A DNA stretch of 64,000 nt from Promethearchaeota archaeon (GCA_048938005.1 JBHLMQ010000012.1:1-64000), one strand, 5' to 3'; counted from the first letter of the stretch, positions 8,365 to 19,407 are shown. The notes: a model not told the origin generated them from the letters alone. Numbers and translations: made by a program.

Positions 8365-9948
8365 TTACATAAAAGTGATCACAACATTATATTTCTTGAT
8401 GTCAGATTCTGCTAAAGCTTTTCCTAAAGGAGTTAAGGTGATAATATCATTACTTTTTATTTTTAGTGAAGTTAATTTTACATCAGGATCTTTCAGTGAG
8501 GGCATATATGGATTCCAATAAATTTCTTTAGTCATTGGATTTGTTATCATCCATAATTTCGGATCTAATTCATATCCTGTGATTTTCATAGCTTCAAAAA
8601 TATAACCAACATCAGCATCAAATGGAACTACGATTTGTACATTCTCTTCTCCTTCAATCTTTCCACAAGCTAGACAATCTTCTCTTTTAATGATATCTAG
8701 ATGATCAAATAGCCCATATATGCCATTATAATTTACATAAGGAGGATCCATTGGAGGACCTATATTTCTTCCTTTCACTCTAAATAATAATTTTAGAGTT
8801 TCTTGAGATTGTACACTGGCAATAATTGAGCTAACTGTTTGTATAGCTGCGATTTTATTACCAAGAATATTTTCCATTTCTTCGAATTTATAATCTGGTC
8901 CAAATGTTTCTTTAATATTTTTTTTCCATTCCTCAATTTCCTCTTCTGTTAAGATTTCTCTTTTTTCTGGAGGAACATTTTCATTAAAAACTCGTTCTCG
9001 TAGTTTTATTAATTCTTCTTGAGCTAATTCTTTTAGCTTTATCACTTCATTGTTGAGATTTAAATCAGGTTTGTGTCCATATTTCTTTTCAAAATCTACT
9101 TCCGCTTTTATTACGCAGTGATTCCTATTGCGTGGTAAACCTTTTAATGTACATGCTGCAACGAGTTTATCATCAGCAGGAGGTATTGGTACTAAACACC
9201 TATAACAGGGAGTTTGATCTAATAATTTAGGAGCATATTTCCAATCAAACACCATTTCTATTTCTTTACGAATTTTTTGGATTATGGGTGTTATTTTTTC
9301 TGTTTTTATTACTTCAATTTCTTCTTCTAGTTCATCAATTCTTCTCTGCGCTTGAAAATATTTTGGGTATTCGAGTTCATCTATTTCCCACAACATAGCT
9401 TCAACCATTTTATCGATTTCATTTTCTCTATCTTTATATCGTAATCCTGAATCCTCAGGAATTACAATTTGGCAATGCCCTTCAAACCCAACTGTTCCAC
9501 CTTCTACCATTGGCTTTTTCAATCTTAAACATATCTTATTTAAGTCTAATCTTGCGTTAAAATTATCTAAAGCTGCTACTATTACATCAGATTCTTCATA
9601 AACTGACATAGGTAATTTTTGGAGTTTTTCAAAATAATGATCAACCTTAAGATACGGATTTATTTCTTTTAATCTTTCTGCTGCAACCTCCGCTTTGGGA
9701 CGACCTTCATCACCGGGTTTGAAAAGCATTTGTCGAGATAAATTAGAGGTTTCAATAGTGTCTAGATCAACGAGGATCAGTTTACCAATTCCCATCAGAG
9801 CAAAATCCTTGGCAATTTCACAGCCTAATGCGCCAATACCAATAATCATAATACACCCATTATTTATTATCTCTTGATCCCATCCCTCAATTAACTGCTG
9901 CCGAGCATACATTCGAGATTTAACAATATTATCAGTGTTTTCTGTCAT
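8365..9948 (-). CDS. Ubiquitin-activating enzyme E1 (eukaryote-like, with catalytic Cys domain and probable C-terminal UFD)
   Basis: YARQ, GIGALG, DLDTIETSNLSRQ, ALDNFNAR; PCYRC and CLAC Zn pairs; AACTL catalytic Cys; beta-grasp-like C-terminus (IKSNDIITL). Confidence 0.9.
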   Translation of the reverse strand: MTENTDNIVKSRMYARQQLIEGWDQEIINNGCIMIIGIGALGCEIAKDFALMGIGKLILVDLDTIETSNLSRQMLFKPGDEGRPKAEVAAERLKEINPYLKVDHYFEKLQKLPMSVYEESDVIVAALDNFNARLDLNKICLRLKKPMVEGGTVGFEGHCQIVIPEDSGLRYKDRENEIDKMVEAMLWEIDELEYPKYFQAQRRIDELEEEIEVIKTEKITPIIQKIRKEIEMVFDWKYAPKLLDQTPCYRCLVPIPPADDKLVAACTLKGLPRNRNHCVIKAEVDFEKKYGHKPDLNLNNEVIKLKELAQEELIKLRERVFNENVPPEKREILTEEEIEEWKKNIKETFGPDYKFEEMENILGNKIAAIQTVSSIIASVQSQETLKLLFRVKGRNIGPPMDPPYVNYNGIYGLFDHLDIIKREDCLACGKIEGEENVQIVVPFDADVGYIFEAMKITGYELDPKLWMITNPMTKEIYWNPYMPSLKDPDVKLTSLKIKSNDIITLTPLGKALAESDIKKYNVVITFM

Positions 9949-10104
9949 TTTTGATAACTCAATTTTTATTATTATAATATAATTATTTTGTATTCAAAAT
10001 TTAAACTCTTTTAGTTAATTTATTATGATATAAAGTAATTAACTTGAAAAAACAGAATTTACTTTAATTGTAAAGATAAAAATATTTAATAGAAATTTTT
10101 ATTT

Positions 10105-13100
10105 TCACTTCTTTTTCTTTTCAGCAGCTTCTTTAATCATTTTTTTAAGACTATCAACTTTTTCTCTCTCCTTCGCTTTTTCCAATTTTTCTTGGAAGAT
10201 TCTTTTATCCTCTTCCTTTTTTGTTATTTCATCCTTGAGTTCTTGCTTCATTTTTATTAAATTTGTCATCTCCTTGCGAAATTCTTTTGATTTAGATTCA
10301 AATCTCTTTTTTTGCTGAATTTCCAATACTACTTGTTCTTCTCTCCTTTCTTCAATTAGGCTTATTATATTATCAGTTAATTTACTGACTTCTCCAACTG
10401 TCTCTTTTAATTCTGTTTCTTCCTTTTCTCTACGCTCTTTTTCTAAAATTTTTTGTTTTTCTAATTGTTCTTGAACAGCTTTTATTCTGGCTTCTTCACT
10501 TGTAACTCTTTCTTCTAAAGCTTTCGCATTTCTAATTTCTGTTTGAATATATTTTACTTCTTCATCCCAACCAATTTCACTGAACTTTTTAATGGCTAAA
10601 TCAAAATTTTTAAATGCCCTTTCAAATTCATGATATGCTGCCCATTTTTTTCCTTCATCAATGAGTTTTAATCCATCGTCTCTTATTTGTTCCACTTGCT
10701 GCCTTTTAACAACTAAATCTCTATATTGTCTTTCTTGTTCTCGTTTAATTTTTTCTTGTTCTAAACGTCTCCTTCTCACTTCCTCTTGAAACATTGCAAA
10801 TTCGTTTTCCCTTTGTAAGCGAGCTTGCTCCTCTAATCTTTTCTTTTCAATAAAATTTGTCTGTTCCTGTTGTAAATCTTTAATTAGAGCATCTAAATTC
10901 TTTATTTCTGGCTCCCAGCCTATATTTTCCGCTAAAATGTGTCTTGCTTGAATATGTAATGAAATTGCTTTACTATAGTTGGGAATATGGTGTTTTAAAA
11001 ACTTACCCGCTTCTTCTAGAAGAGAATATGCTGACTCTCTTACACTCATTTGTTCTTGTATGATTTTTTCTCGTTCTTGAAGAGCTAATCGTTGAGCTTC
11101 TTTCTTTTCCCTTTCTTGTCTTTTTCTTTCATCTATAAGTGCTGATAATACTCTTTCCTCCTCTAGCTTTTCCAATTCTTTTTGAACTTGCAAATTTTTT
11201 AATTCTTCTTTTTGATTTTTTAGTGTTTTAATCTTAAATATCATGTTATTAATTGAGTCTGTTGGAAATTGCAATTCATTTAATATAATACCAGCACTTC
11301 TATAACATACTATTGCATTATCATAATTTTGTTCTTTTAGAAAATGTTCTCCTTCATCTAAAATCTTGAATGCTTGTTCTTTTCTTTGTTCTAATCTTGA
11401 TTTTAATTGTTCTTTTTTTAATATTTCTAATTCTTTTGCTTTCAATCGCTCTTGTTCAACACGAGTGGTCTCTGCAATTTTTTGTTGAAACTCCCATTCT
11501 TCTCGCTCTTTTTGTATACTCAATTCAAACTCTTTTTGCTTCTGTAGCTGATATTCTCCTTTCTTTTCTTTAATTTTAAGAATTAATTCTCTGATAGATT
11601 CAGTTGGAAATGAAATTTCATTTAACATTAATTCTACCGCATAATAATACTCAAGAGCCTTATCATACTGTAATTGTTTCATATAACTCTCTGCTTCTTC
11701 AAGAAGAATGAAAGCTTCTTCTTTCCTTTTTTCCATATATGCTTTTATTTGATTTTGTTTTTCAGCTTCTGTTTGCTTTACTTTCAACTTAATTTCATTT
11801 ATTTTGACCTTCTCTGCTATCTCTTGTTGGAATTTAAATTCTTCCTGGGCTTTTTGAAGCTCAGCCTCTAATTTCTTTTGTTTTGCTAATAATTCTTCTT
11901 TAATTTTTTCCTGAACTTTGTAAATCATTTCTCTAACTGAATTTGTAGGAAAACCAATTTCATTTAATATCAATTCTGCTTGGCGATATTTTTCAATTGC
12001 TTGTTCGTATTGCCTTTGATTAAAAGAGTTTTCAGCAGCCTCCAATATAGCAAATGCTTCTATTTTACGATTTTCCAACAATTGTTTTATCTTTTCCTGT
12101 TTTTTGATTTCAATATTTTTTGCTCTTAATCTTTCTTGTTCTATTTGCATATATTCAGAGATCTTTTTCTGAAATTGTTCTTCTTCCTTTTTATGTTGCT
12201 TTAATGATTCAATTTCAAATTTTTTCTCTCTTTCTATATCTCTCTTCCTAGCTTTAATTGTATTTAAAGTATCTTGAAGTAATTTTAAATAATCACTTGT
12301 CCATCCAATCTCAGTTAAAATATTTATTGCATTTTGATAGTTATTTAACGCTTCATCATAATCCTTTTGGTAAAGTGAAGTATATCCATCATTAATGAGT
12401 TTAAAAGCTTCTTGTTGTTTTGCTAAATTTTGGGTGGTAAGTAATTCTTTCTTTTGAATTATTTCTCTTTCCTCTAATGCTTGTACCCTTTCTATTTCCC
12501 TTAAATGTCTTATCCTTTCCATAAAAGTATAATTTTCCTTCTCTTTTTCTATTGCTTCAGTGATCGATTTTTGTCTTAATAATTCTTTTTTTCTCTTCTT
12601 CTTTTTAATATCTTGTATTGCTTTATTTATAATTGGAATTTCATCTCCCCATTGAATCTGAGCAAAAATATTGGCGACATTGTGATAAAGTTCAATAGCA
12701 TCATCAAATTTGCTTTGTGAAATGCAGGTTTGACCTTTTTCTAATAGGCTAAATGCTTCTTCCTTCTTTCTTTCACGGTAAGCAAGTTCTTTGTCTCTTT
12801 CTCTAATTTTAATTTCTTCTCTCTTTAATTTTTCACGTTGTATTCTCATTTCTCCGATTAGTTTTTCTTGAAACAATTTCTCTTGTTTTTCCTTTTCCAT
12901 AGCAGATTGTAATTCCCGTTGTTTTCTTAATTCAGCTTCTCGTTTTTTATCCTCAACAGCAATAATAGAATTTTGAATTAATTTTATTTCTTCATCCCAT
13001 TTAATTTCTCTAAAAATTTCTGCTGCTTCATGATATAAATTAATTGCCTCATCAAATTTTCCTTGTTGAATATGTTTTTGAGCTATTTCCAACTTTTTAA

Positions 13101-16100
13101 ATGCTTCTTCTTCCTTTTGTTCTTGAAAAATTCTTAATTCTTCTTGTTTCTTCAATTTCTCTTGCTTTTCTATCATTTTTTGCTCTTCAAATCTAATTTT
13201 CTCTAAAATTTGCTTTTGAAATAGTAATTCTTCTTGTTCTCTTTTTATTCTTAACTCTAGTTCTTTAAACCGGTTTAAATCTTCTTCTCTTATTTTCTCT
13301 TGAATTTTTGAAATCATTTCTCCAATAACTCCTGTTGGGAAATTGATTTCATTTAATATCAATTCTGCTTGATGATATTTTTCAATTGATTTTACGTAAT
13401 CTCCTTGAATTAAAAGAGTTTGAGCATCATCCATTATTTTAAAAGCTTCTGATTTACGCAACTCTATTCTTTTTGCTAAATCTTCTCTTTTTTGTATTTC
13501 AATTTTTTTGTCTTTTAACTTTTTCTGCTCTTTAAGCATATATTCGCTAATTTTCTTTTGGAATAAATCATCTTCTTTCTGTTGTTTTAATGATGCTTCA
13601 AATTCTATTTGTTTCTCTTTTTCCTTTTCCTTCCCTCTTAATTTAATTGTTTGAATAGTTTCATGTAATAATTTCAAATATTGTTCTCCCCACCCGATAT
13701 CTTTTAGAATTTCTATGGCTTTATTGTAATTATTAATAGTGTCATTGAAATTTTCTTCTTCAAAAAACTTATCTCCAATTTCTATTAAACTAAATACCTT
13801 TTGCTGTTTAACTAAGTTTTGGGCAGATAGCTGTTTCTGTTCTTCGATTGATTCTTTTTCTTTCAAGAGTTCTGCTTTTTCTCTCTCTCTTTGATACCTT
13901 ATTCTTTCAATAAATGCTTTATCTTCAGTTTCTTTCCTAATTGCTTTATGTAAAAGCTTTTGTTTATTTAATTCATTCTCCCTCTTTCTATTTTCAATAC
14001 TTTGAATCGCTTCTTGGATGATGGGGATTTCTTCAGTCCATTGAATCTGAGCAAAAATATTTATTACATTATAATAAATTTGAAGTGCTTCATCAAATTT
14101 TCTATGAGAAAGGAAATCTTGGGCCTTTTCTAATAAACCAAATGCTTCCTCTTTCTTTCTTTCCCGATAAACAAGTTCATTTTCTCTTTCTCTTAGAATT
14201 ATTTGTCTCTCTATTAATTTTTGATGTTGGGCTTTCATTTCTTTTGCGATATGTTCTTGAAATGCTTTTTCTTGTTTTTCTCGTTCCAATTCTGCTTGAA
14301 ATTTAATCTGATTTTGAATTTCAGCTTCTATTTTTCTATTTTCAAGTTCAACTATAGCATTTTGTATGAGGTTGATTTCATTCTGCCATTGAATATCAGC
14401 AAAAAAATTTAGACTATATTGAAATATATCAATAGCCTTATCAAAATTTCCTTGTTTTACATTGTCTTGTGCTTCTTCGAGTAATTTGAAACCTGCTATT
14501 CTTCTTTCTTCACGAAATTTAGATTCTTTCTCACGTTCCATTAATTCAATTTTCTTTTTCTTTAGTTTTTCCCGTTCTTGTTGTAAGTATTTTGATATTT
14601 GCTTTTGAAACTCATCTTCTTTCTTTTGTCTTTTAACAGAGTCCTGTAATTTCTTTTGTTTCAAGATATTTTGTTTTCTTTGTAACTCTTCAACTTCTCT
14701 TATTGAATCTTCAATTAAAGGAATTTCATCTGCCCATTGAATTTCTGCAAATATATTTGCAGCATTTTGATAATTTGAAATTGTGTTATCATAATCCCCC
14801 TGTTTTAAGGAATTTATAGCGGAATCTAGAAATTCAAATGCAACTTTTTTGCGTTGTTCAAAAAGTTTAATCTCCTCTTCACGATCTTTAATAATTATTT
14901 CCTTCTTTTTTAAACGGTCTCGTTCTTTATTTATTTCAATTGATATTTGCTTCTGAAATTCTAATTCTTCCCGTCTTCTCTCCTCTAATTTTTTTTGCTC
15001 CTCGTATTCCTTGGTAAATTGTGCGTGCTTTAGCAGTTCTACATTAGAGACTGTATTTTTTATTATAGATGCATAAGGTTCCCAACCAGCACCTAAATTT
15101 GTAAGAATTGATAAAGCTTTCTGATATTCATTTATAGCATCATCATAATTTTTTTCTTTTAAAATCTCATCCGCTTTATCTAATGTATTAAAGAGATCTT
15201 TTTCTTTCTGTATTTCATCCCTTCTGACTTCTTTATATTCTATACTTTTTTTATCTAATTCCCTTGTTGATTCGATAATTTGGGTTTTCTGCTTTTTGTA
15301 AATTGAGTCCTGGAGTACTGCTAAATCTTTTTCTCTTTTTTCTTTTAATTGATCAGTTACTTTTTCACTTTTTTGTTTATTTTTTATGCTTTCAATTAAA
15401 TTTGCAATAGGTTGGATATATGAATCCCATTTTATCGATCTAAGAAGTTGAATTGCTTGATTTAATTTATTGAGTGCTTGATCATATTTTTTTTCTCTTT
15501 CAAGCCTATTTCCAATATCTATTAAATTAAATGCCTTAAGTTGAATATCTTCCTCATGTTTTTTATTAGTTTCAAATTCAATTAGTTTTTCCTTTTTTAA
15601 TTCTGCTTCTTTTTCTAAAACAACTTTCTGTTCTTCAATATCACCAGATAACCTTAATGCTTCTTTTTTTTGTTTTAATTGAAGAGATTCAAAATCTGCT
15701 TTATCTTTATTAAGTTTTTTAATTAATATTTGAATATTTTTTGTCTGAGCATTCCAACCTATAGAATCTAATAACTCTATAGCTCTTTCATAATTCATTC
15801 TTGCATTATCGAATTTTTTATCTTTTTCAAACTTTTTAGCTGTGTCGATATGAACAAAAGCCTGGTTCTGGATATCCTCTTCATGTTTTTTCTTTGCCCT
15901 AAATCTTTCAATAACTTTTGCTTTTTCAACGCTACTTTTTTGTCCGAACATTCCAACAATTTCAGGTTTCACTTCTGGTATTATTTGAGTTTCTTGTTGC
16001 TTTAATTCAATTTCCTGCTGTTGAAGTACTTGAATAGATTTTTTAACCTCTAAATCTTTTACAAGTTTATTGATTTTAGATCTTATATTTTCTAATTGTG

Positions 16101-16482
16101 TCTCAGACCAACCTGCTTGAGTTAATAGATTGATAGCAGATAAATTTTGTTGAATAGCCTCTTCAGTAAAACCGTCAAATTCCAACTTTTTTGCCCCCTC
16201 TAATAAGGAAAAAGCTTGATCTTGCAATTGTTCAATTTGGGCTTTTTCTTGAGCTCGTTGATATAAAGCGTCTTTTTTGATAAATTCTTTTAATTCACTA
16301 ATTCTATCATAAATTTCTTGAATTCTATGCATCAAAAATCCACTTTGTTTAAGAAAATCAGCTGCTTTTTGATAATGTGAAATTGCATTTTCTACCTTTT
16401 TCTCTTCTTCAAACTTTTGGGCAAGTTCTAAAAATTTTAAAGCTTCTTGTGCTAAAAATTCTGGATTTTGCATTTTAGGCAA
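10105..16482 (-). CDS. Giant (2125 aa) repeat protein: 18 MIT/TPR-like helical units joined by E/K/R/Q-rich helices
   Basis: Recurrent AF.LL..A......YD.AI..Y..A..I..EI.(W/F) unit roughly every 117 aa. Confidence 0.85.
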   Translation of the reverse strand: MPKMQNPEFLAQEALKFLELAQKFEEEKKVENAISHYQKAADFLKQSGFLMHRIQEIYDRISELKEFIKKDALYQRAQEKAQIEQLQDQAFSLLEGAKKLEFDGFTEEAIQQNLSAINLLTQAGWSETQLENIRSKINKLVKDLEVKKSIQVLQQQEIELKQQETQIIPEVKPEIVGMFGQKSSVEKAKVIERFRAKKKHEEDIQNQAFVHIDTAKKFEKDKKFDNARMNYERAIELLDSIGWNAQTKNIQILIKKLNKDKADFESLQLKQKKEALRLSGDIEEQKVVLEKEAELKKEKLIEFETNKKHEEDIQLKAFNLIDIGNRLEREKKYDQALNKLNQAIQLLRSIKWDSYIQPIANLIESIKNKQKSEKVTDQLKEKREKDLAVLQDSIYKKQKTQIIESTRELDKKSIEYKEVRRDEIQKEKDLFNTLDKADEILKEKNYDDAINEYQKALSILTNLGAGWEPYASIIKNTVSNVELLKHAQFTKEYEEQKKLEERRREELEFQKQISIEINKERDRLKKKEIIIKDREEEIKLFEQRKKVAFEFLDSAINSLKQGDYDNTISNYQNAANIFAEIQWADEIPLIEDSIREVEELQRKQNILKQKKLQDSVKRQKKEDEFQKQISKYLQQEREKLKKKKIELMEREKESKFREERRIAGFKLLEEAQDNVKQGNFDKAIDIFQYSLNFFADIQWQNEINLIQNAIVELENRKIEAEIQNQIKFQAELEREKQEKAFQEHIAKEMKAQHQKLIERQIILRERENELVYRERKKEEAFGLLEKAQDFLSHRKFDEALQIYYNVINIFAQIQWTEEIPIIQEAIQSIENRKRENELNKQKLLHKAIRKETEDKAFIERIRYQREREKAELLKEKESIEEQKQLSAQNLVKQQKVFSLIEIGDKFFEEENFNDTINNYNKAIEILKDIGWGEQYLKLLHETIQTIKLRGKEKEKEKQIEFEASLKQQKEDDLFQKKISEYMLKEQKKLKDKKIEIQKREDLAKRIELRKSEAFKIMDDAQTLLIQGDYVKSIEKYHQAELILNEINFPTGVIGEMISKIQEKIREEDLNRFKELELRIKREQEELLFQKQILEKIRFEEQKMIEKQEKLKKQEELRIFQEQKEEEAFKKLEIAQKHIQQGKFDEAINLYHEAAEIFREIKWDEEIKLIQNSIIAVEDKKREAELRKQRELQSAMEKEKQEKLFQEKLIGEMRIQREKLKREEIKIRERDKELAYRERKKEEAFSLLEKGQTCISQSKFDDAIELYHNVANIFAQIQWGDEIPIINKAIQDIKKKKRKKELLRQKSITEAIEKEKENYTFMERIRHLREIERVQALEEREIIQKKELLTTQNLAKQQEAFKLINDGYTSLYQKDYDEALNNYQNAINILTEIGWTSDYLKLLQDTLNTIKARKRDIEREKKFEIESLKQHKKEEEQFQKKISEYMQIEQERLRAKNIEIKKQEKIKQLLENRKIEAFAILEAAENSFNQRQYEQAIEKYRQAELILNEIGFPTNSVREMIYKVQEKIKEELLAKQKKLEAELQKAQEEFKFQQEIAEKVKINEIKLKVKQTEAEKQNQIKAYMEKRKEEAFILLEEAESYMKQLQYDKALEYYYAVELMLNEISFPTESIRELILKIKEKKGEYQLQKQKEFELSIQKEREEWEFQQKIAETTRVEQERLKAKELEILKKEQLKSRLEQRKEQAFKILDEGEHFLKEQNYDNAIVCYRSAGIILNELQFPTDSINNMIFKIKTLKNQKEELKNLQVQKELEKLEEERVLSALIDERKRQEREKKEAQRLALQEREKIIQEQMSVRESAYSLLEEAGKFLKHHIPNYSKAISLHIQARHILAENIGWEPEIKNLDALIKDLQQEQTNFIEKKRLEEQARLQRENEFAMFQEEVRRRRLEQEKIKREQERQYRDLVVKRQQVEQIRDDGLKLIDEGKKWAAYHEFERAFKNFDLAIKKFSEIGWDEEVKYIQTEIRNAKALEERVTSEEARIKAVQEQLEKQKILEKERREKEETELKETVGEVSKLTDNIISLIEERREEQVVLEIQQKKRFESKSKEFRKEMTNLIKMKQELKDEITKKEEDKRIFQEKLEKAKEREKVDSLKKMIKEAAEKKKK

Positions 16483-16681
16483 TTCTACTTAATCTTATTA
16501 TGAAATAAAAAATATACAAACATTATTCTTACTTTAATTTAACCACACCAAGTAATTAAACTTTTTATATTGTTATAATTATTTTAACTAGATTATTGAA
16601 AACGATAAATAAAATTGAATTTATAAGAATATTGAACTCAAATTTTTCAAAAAAAACAATCCTCATTACTGAAACTAAGTT

Positions 16682-18637
16682 ATGGAAATAGAAAGCAAAA
16701 ATATTATCATAGATTTTGAGCCCATTTCTAGGAGGGTATATTTTTCAAATGACAATTCTCTTTATGAAATTCTAACAGAATTGAATATACCAATCAGATC
16801 CTTATGTGGAGGTTTAGGAACCTGTGGAAAATGCAAAATTATGGTTCAAAGTGGAAAAGAGTATTTGATTTCTCCGACTAATGCTGAAAAAGAGTTTTTA
16901 AATAAGGAGGAACTTGAAAATGGGTGGCGATTGGCATGTGAAACAAAAATAGATAATAAATATATACAACACTTAGAAAAAGTTAAAGCTCCTCAATTTC
17001 GAATTTTTTTACCAAGTGAATTATTGCTTGAAGATTTTAAAATCCTAACAACTGGTATAAGTAAAGGAGTAAATGTACAACCAAATATTCAAAAAATCTA
17101 TCTTGAAGTAAAAAAGCCATCATTAGAGGAACCTAATCCTGATTTTGAAAGAATTCAATCAAGCATTTTTTCTGCTATTCCGCATTTGAAGAGAAATGAA
17201 CAATTTAATATTGATTTTAATGTTTTAAAAGAAATACCCGATATGCTAAGAAAAAACGACCATAAAATTACATTAGTCTTGCGGAATAATACTAATATTA
17301 TTGCTTCTGAACCTGGTAATACTACTGAAGAGAATTTTGGAATTGCTTTTGATATTGGGACCACAACAATAGTTGGTTATTTAATGAATCTGAATGATGG
17401 TAAGATATATTCAGTAGATTCTAAATTGAATAGTCAAACTGCTTTTGGAGAGGATTTAATAACACGCTTAACTTTTATCAATGAGGAAAAAGATAATCTT
17501 CAAAAATTAAATGCTGCTGTAATCAACGATTTGAATGATATCATTTCAAATACGACTAGTAGAGCTCATATTAACCCATCTCAGATTTATGAGGCAACTA
17601 TGGTAGGCAATTCTGTCATGCATCATATATTCTTAGGATTGAATCCAGTTTATATAGGATTAAGTCCATTTATTCCAGTTATTCAAAGAAATTTGAATGT
17701 TAAAGCAAGAAATTTAAATCTAAATATCTCTAAAAATGGGAATGTTTATACCGCACCTGTTATAGCTGGCTTTGTTGGGGCGGATACTATAGGTGTAATA
17801 CTCTCTTCACAAATTTATGCTGAAAAAGAGCTTACTTTAGCTATCGATATTGGAACAAATGGAGAGATAATAATTGGAAATCGTAAAATCTTGGCTGTAG
17901 GTTCATGTGCAGCAGGTTCTGCTCTGGAAGGGGCTCATATTAGCGATGGAATGAGAGCTGCGGCAGGTGCTATAGAAAAAGTTAAAATTAACGCTAATAA
18001 TCTTGATATATCTTATACCACAATCAAGAATAAGAAACCAATAGGTATTTGTGGTTCTGGATTAGTTGATGCTATAGCAGAGATGTTAAGATCCAAAATT
18101 ATTACAAGAAGTGGAAATTTTAATCAACAATTTATTGATCATGAAAGATTTATCAAAAAAGATAAAAAAATAGAATTTATTATAGCTAAAAAAGAGGAAA
18201 CTTCTTTAGGTAAGGAAATCACGATTAGCCAAAGCGATATTAGGCAAATTCAAATGGCAAAAGCAGCTTTTTATTCTGGATCAAGGATTATTTTGAATCA
18301 TTTAAAGAAAAATATTAAGATTGAACAAATTTTTTTAGCAGGAGCATTTGGTAATTATATCAATGCTCACAATGCAAAATTCATAGGAATGATTCCTGAT
18401 ATTCCTGATCATAAAATATTTCAAATAGGAAATGCTGCTGGAATTGGAGCACAGCACTTTTTATTAAATAAGAGTATACGAAAAAAAGCGCAACAATTAT
18501 TAGATAAAGTTCAATATGTTGAAATTGCAATAGAAGAAGGATTTCAAAAAGAATACGCTGAAGCAATGTATTTTCCTCACTTAAATCTTGATTTTTTTCC
18601 TAGCTTGATAGAATACAACAAAATACCAAAAAGGTAA
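16682..18637 (+). CDS. RACo/DUF4445 ASKHA ATPase with N-terminal 2Fe-2S domain (reductive activator of corrinoid proteins)
   Basis: CGGLGTCGKC...RLAC; DIGTTT; DIGTNGE; GICGSG; LAGAFG; GNAA. Confidence 0.92.
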   Translation: MEIESKNIIIDFEPISRRVYFSNDNSLYEILTELNIPIRSLCGGLGTCGKCKIMVQSGKEYLISPTNAEKEFLNKEELENGWRLACETKIDNKYIQHLEKVKAPQFRIFLPSELLLEDFKILTTGISKGVNVQPNIQKIYLEVKKPSLEEPNPDFERIQSSIFSAIPHLKRNEQFNIDFNVLKEIPDMLRKNDHKITLVLRNNTNIIASEPGNTTEENFGIAFDIGTTTIVGYLMNLNDGKIYSVDSKLNSQTAFGEDLITRLTFINEEKDNLQKLNAAVINDLNDIISNTTSRAHINPSQIYEATMVGNSVMHHIFLGLNPVYIGLSPFIPVIQRNLNVKARNLNLNISKNGNVYTAPVIAGFVGADTIGVILSSQIYAEKELTLAIDIGTNGEIIIGNRKILAVGSCAAGSALEGAHISDGMRAAAGAIEKVKINANNLDISYTTIKNKKPIGICGSGLVDAIAEMLRSKIITRSGNFNQQFIDHERFIKKDKKIEFIIAKKEETSLGKEITISQSDIRQIQMAKAAFYSGSRIILNHLKKNIKIEQIFLAGAFGNYINAHNAKFIGMIPDIPDHKIFQIGNAAGIGAQHFLLNKSIRKKAQQLLDKVQYVEIAIEEGFQKEYAEAMYFPHLNLDFFPSLIEYNKIPKR

Positions 18638-18882
18638 AATCAAATAATCAAATTTACTTCTGTAAAATTTAGCTGATTTATTCAATTAAATTTTTGTAGA
18701 AATGAATAAAAACAAAATTAAGTTTATGTAAAAATATTTAAATTTATAATTTATTTTATCTTTAATTTAGTCCATATTAATAAACAAAATAAATTCTTAA
18801 ATACCATTTACGATATTAATTTATATACATAACTAAAAAATTATGAAAAAATATTAAAAATAAACTTCATGAGTGAACCTTT

Positions 18883-19407
18883 ATGTCAAGTTTTAAACTG
18901 AAAGTATTACTTACTGGTGCTGCTGCTGTTGGAAAGACTAGTCTTGTCCAACGATTCATCAAGAATAGGTTCCAAGCCAATTACAAGTTAACTGTAGGAG
19001 TTGATATTTTAACCAAAGATGTTGAATTTAGGCAAGGAGAGATTGCCACTTTAAGTATTTGGGATATAGGAGGACAACAACGATTCGAATTTATACGTAG
19101 TACATTCTATAAAGGTGCGGCAGGAGCATTATTAGTCTTTGACTTGACTAGAGAACAAACATATACTGAAACGAGAAAGTGGCTAACTGAGATAAGACAA
19201 TTTGCTGGTGAGAATATCCCATTTGTTTTAATAGGAAATAAAGCGGATTTAATGGAAGATGTTGGTATGGTCATAGATCGAAATGATGCTCGCTCATATG
19301 CTGAAAATGAGGGAAGTATTTATATAGAAACTTCTGCTAAAACGGGTGTTAATGTTGATGAAGCGTTTACTGAATTAACACGTCGTATTATTGATTCTAG
19401 AACTTAG
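18883..19407 (+). CDS. Rab-like small GTPase
   Basis: GAAAVGKT, TVGVD, WDIGGQ, FYKGA, LVFDL, GNKAD, ETSAK; no C-terminal prenylation Cys. Confidence 0.93.
   Translation: MSSFKLKVLLTGAAAVGKTSLVQRFIKNRFQANYKLTVGVDILTKDVEFRQGEIATLSIWDIGGQQRFEFIRSTFYKGAAGALLVFDLTREQTYTETRKWLTEIRQFAGENIPFVLIGNKADLMEDVGMVIDRNDARSYAENEGSIYIETSAKTGVNVDEAFTELTRRIIDSRT

Noticed and set aside
10105-16482. CRISPR array or DNA tandem repeat in the low-complexity T/C-rich stretch
   Set aside because: Periodicity is at protein level with divergent codons; no identical direct repeats with spacers; no cas genes in the window.
16682-18637. RACo as part of a novel local system
   Set aside because: Known family expected in Wood-Ljungdahl/methyltransferase-bearing Lokiarchaeia; no partner genes adjacent.
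18883-19407. Rab-like GTPase as a novelty
   Set aside because: Unprenylated Rab-like GTPases are well documented and abundant in Asgard genomes.
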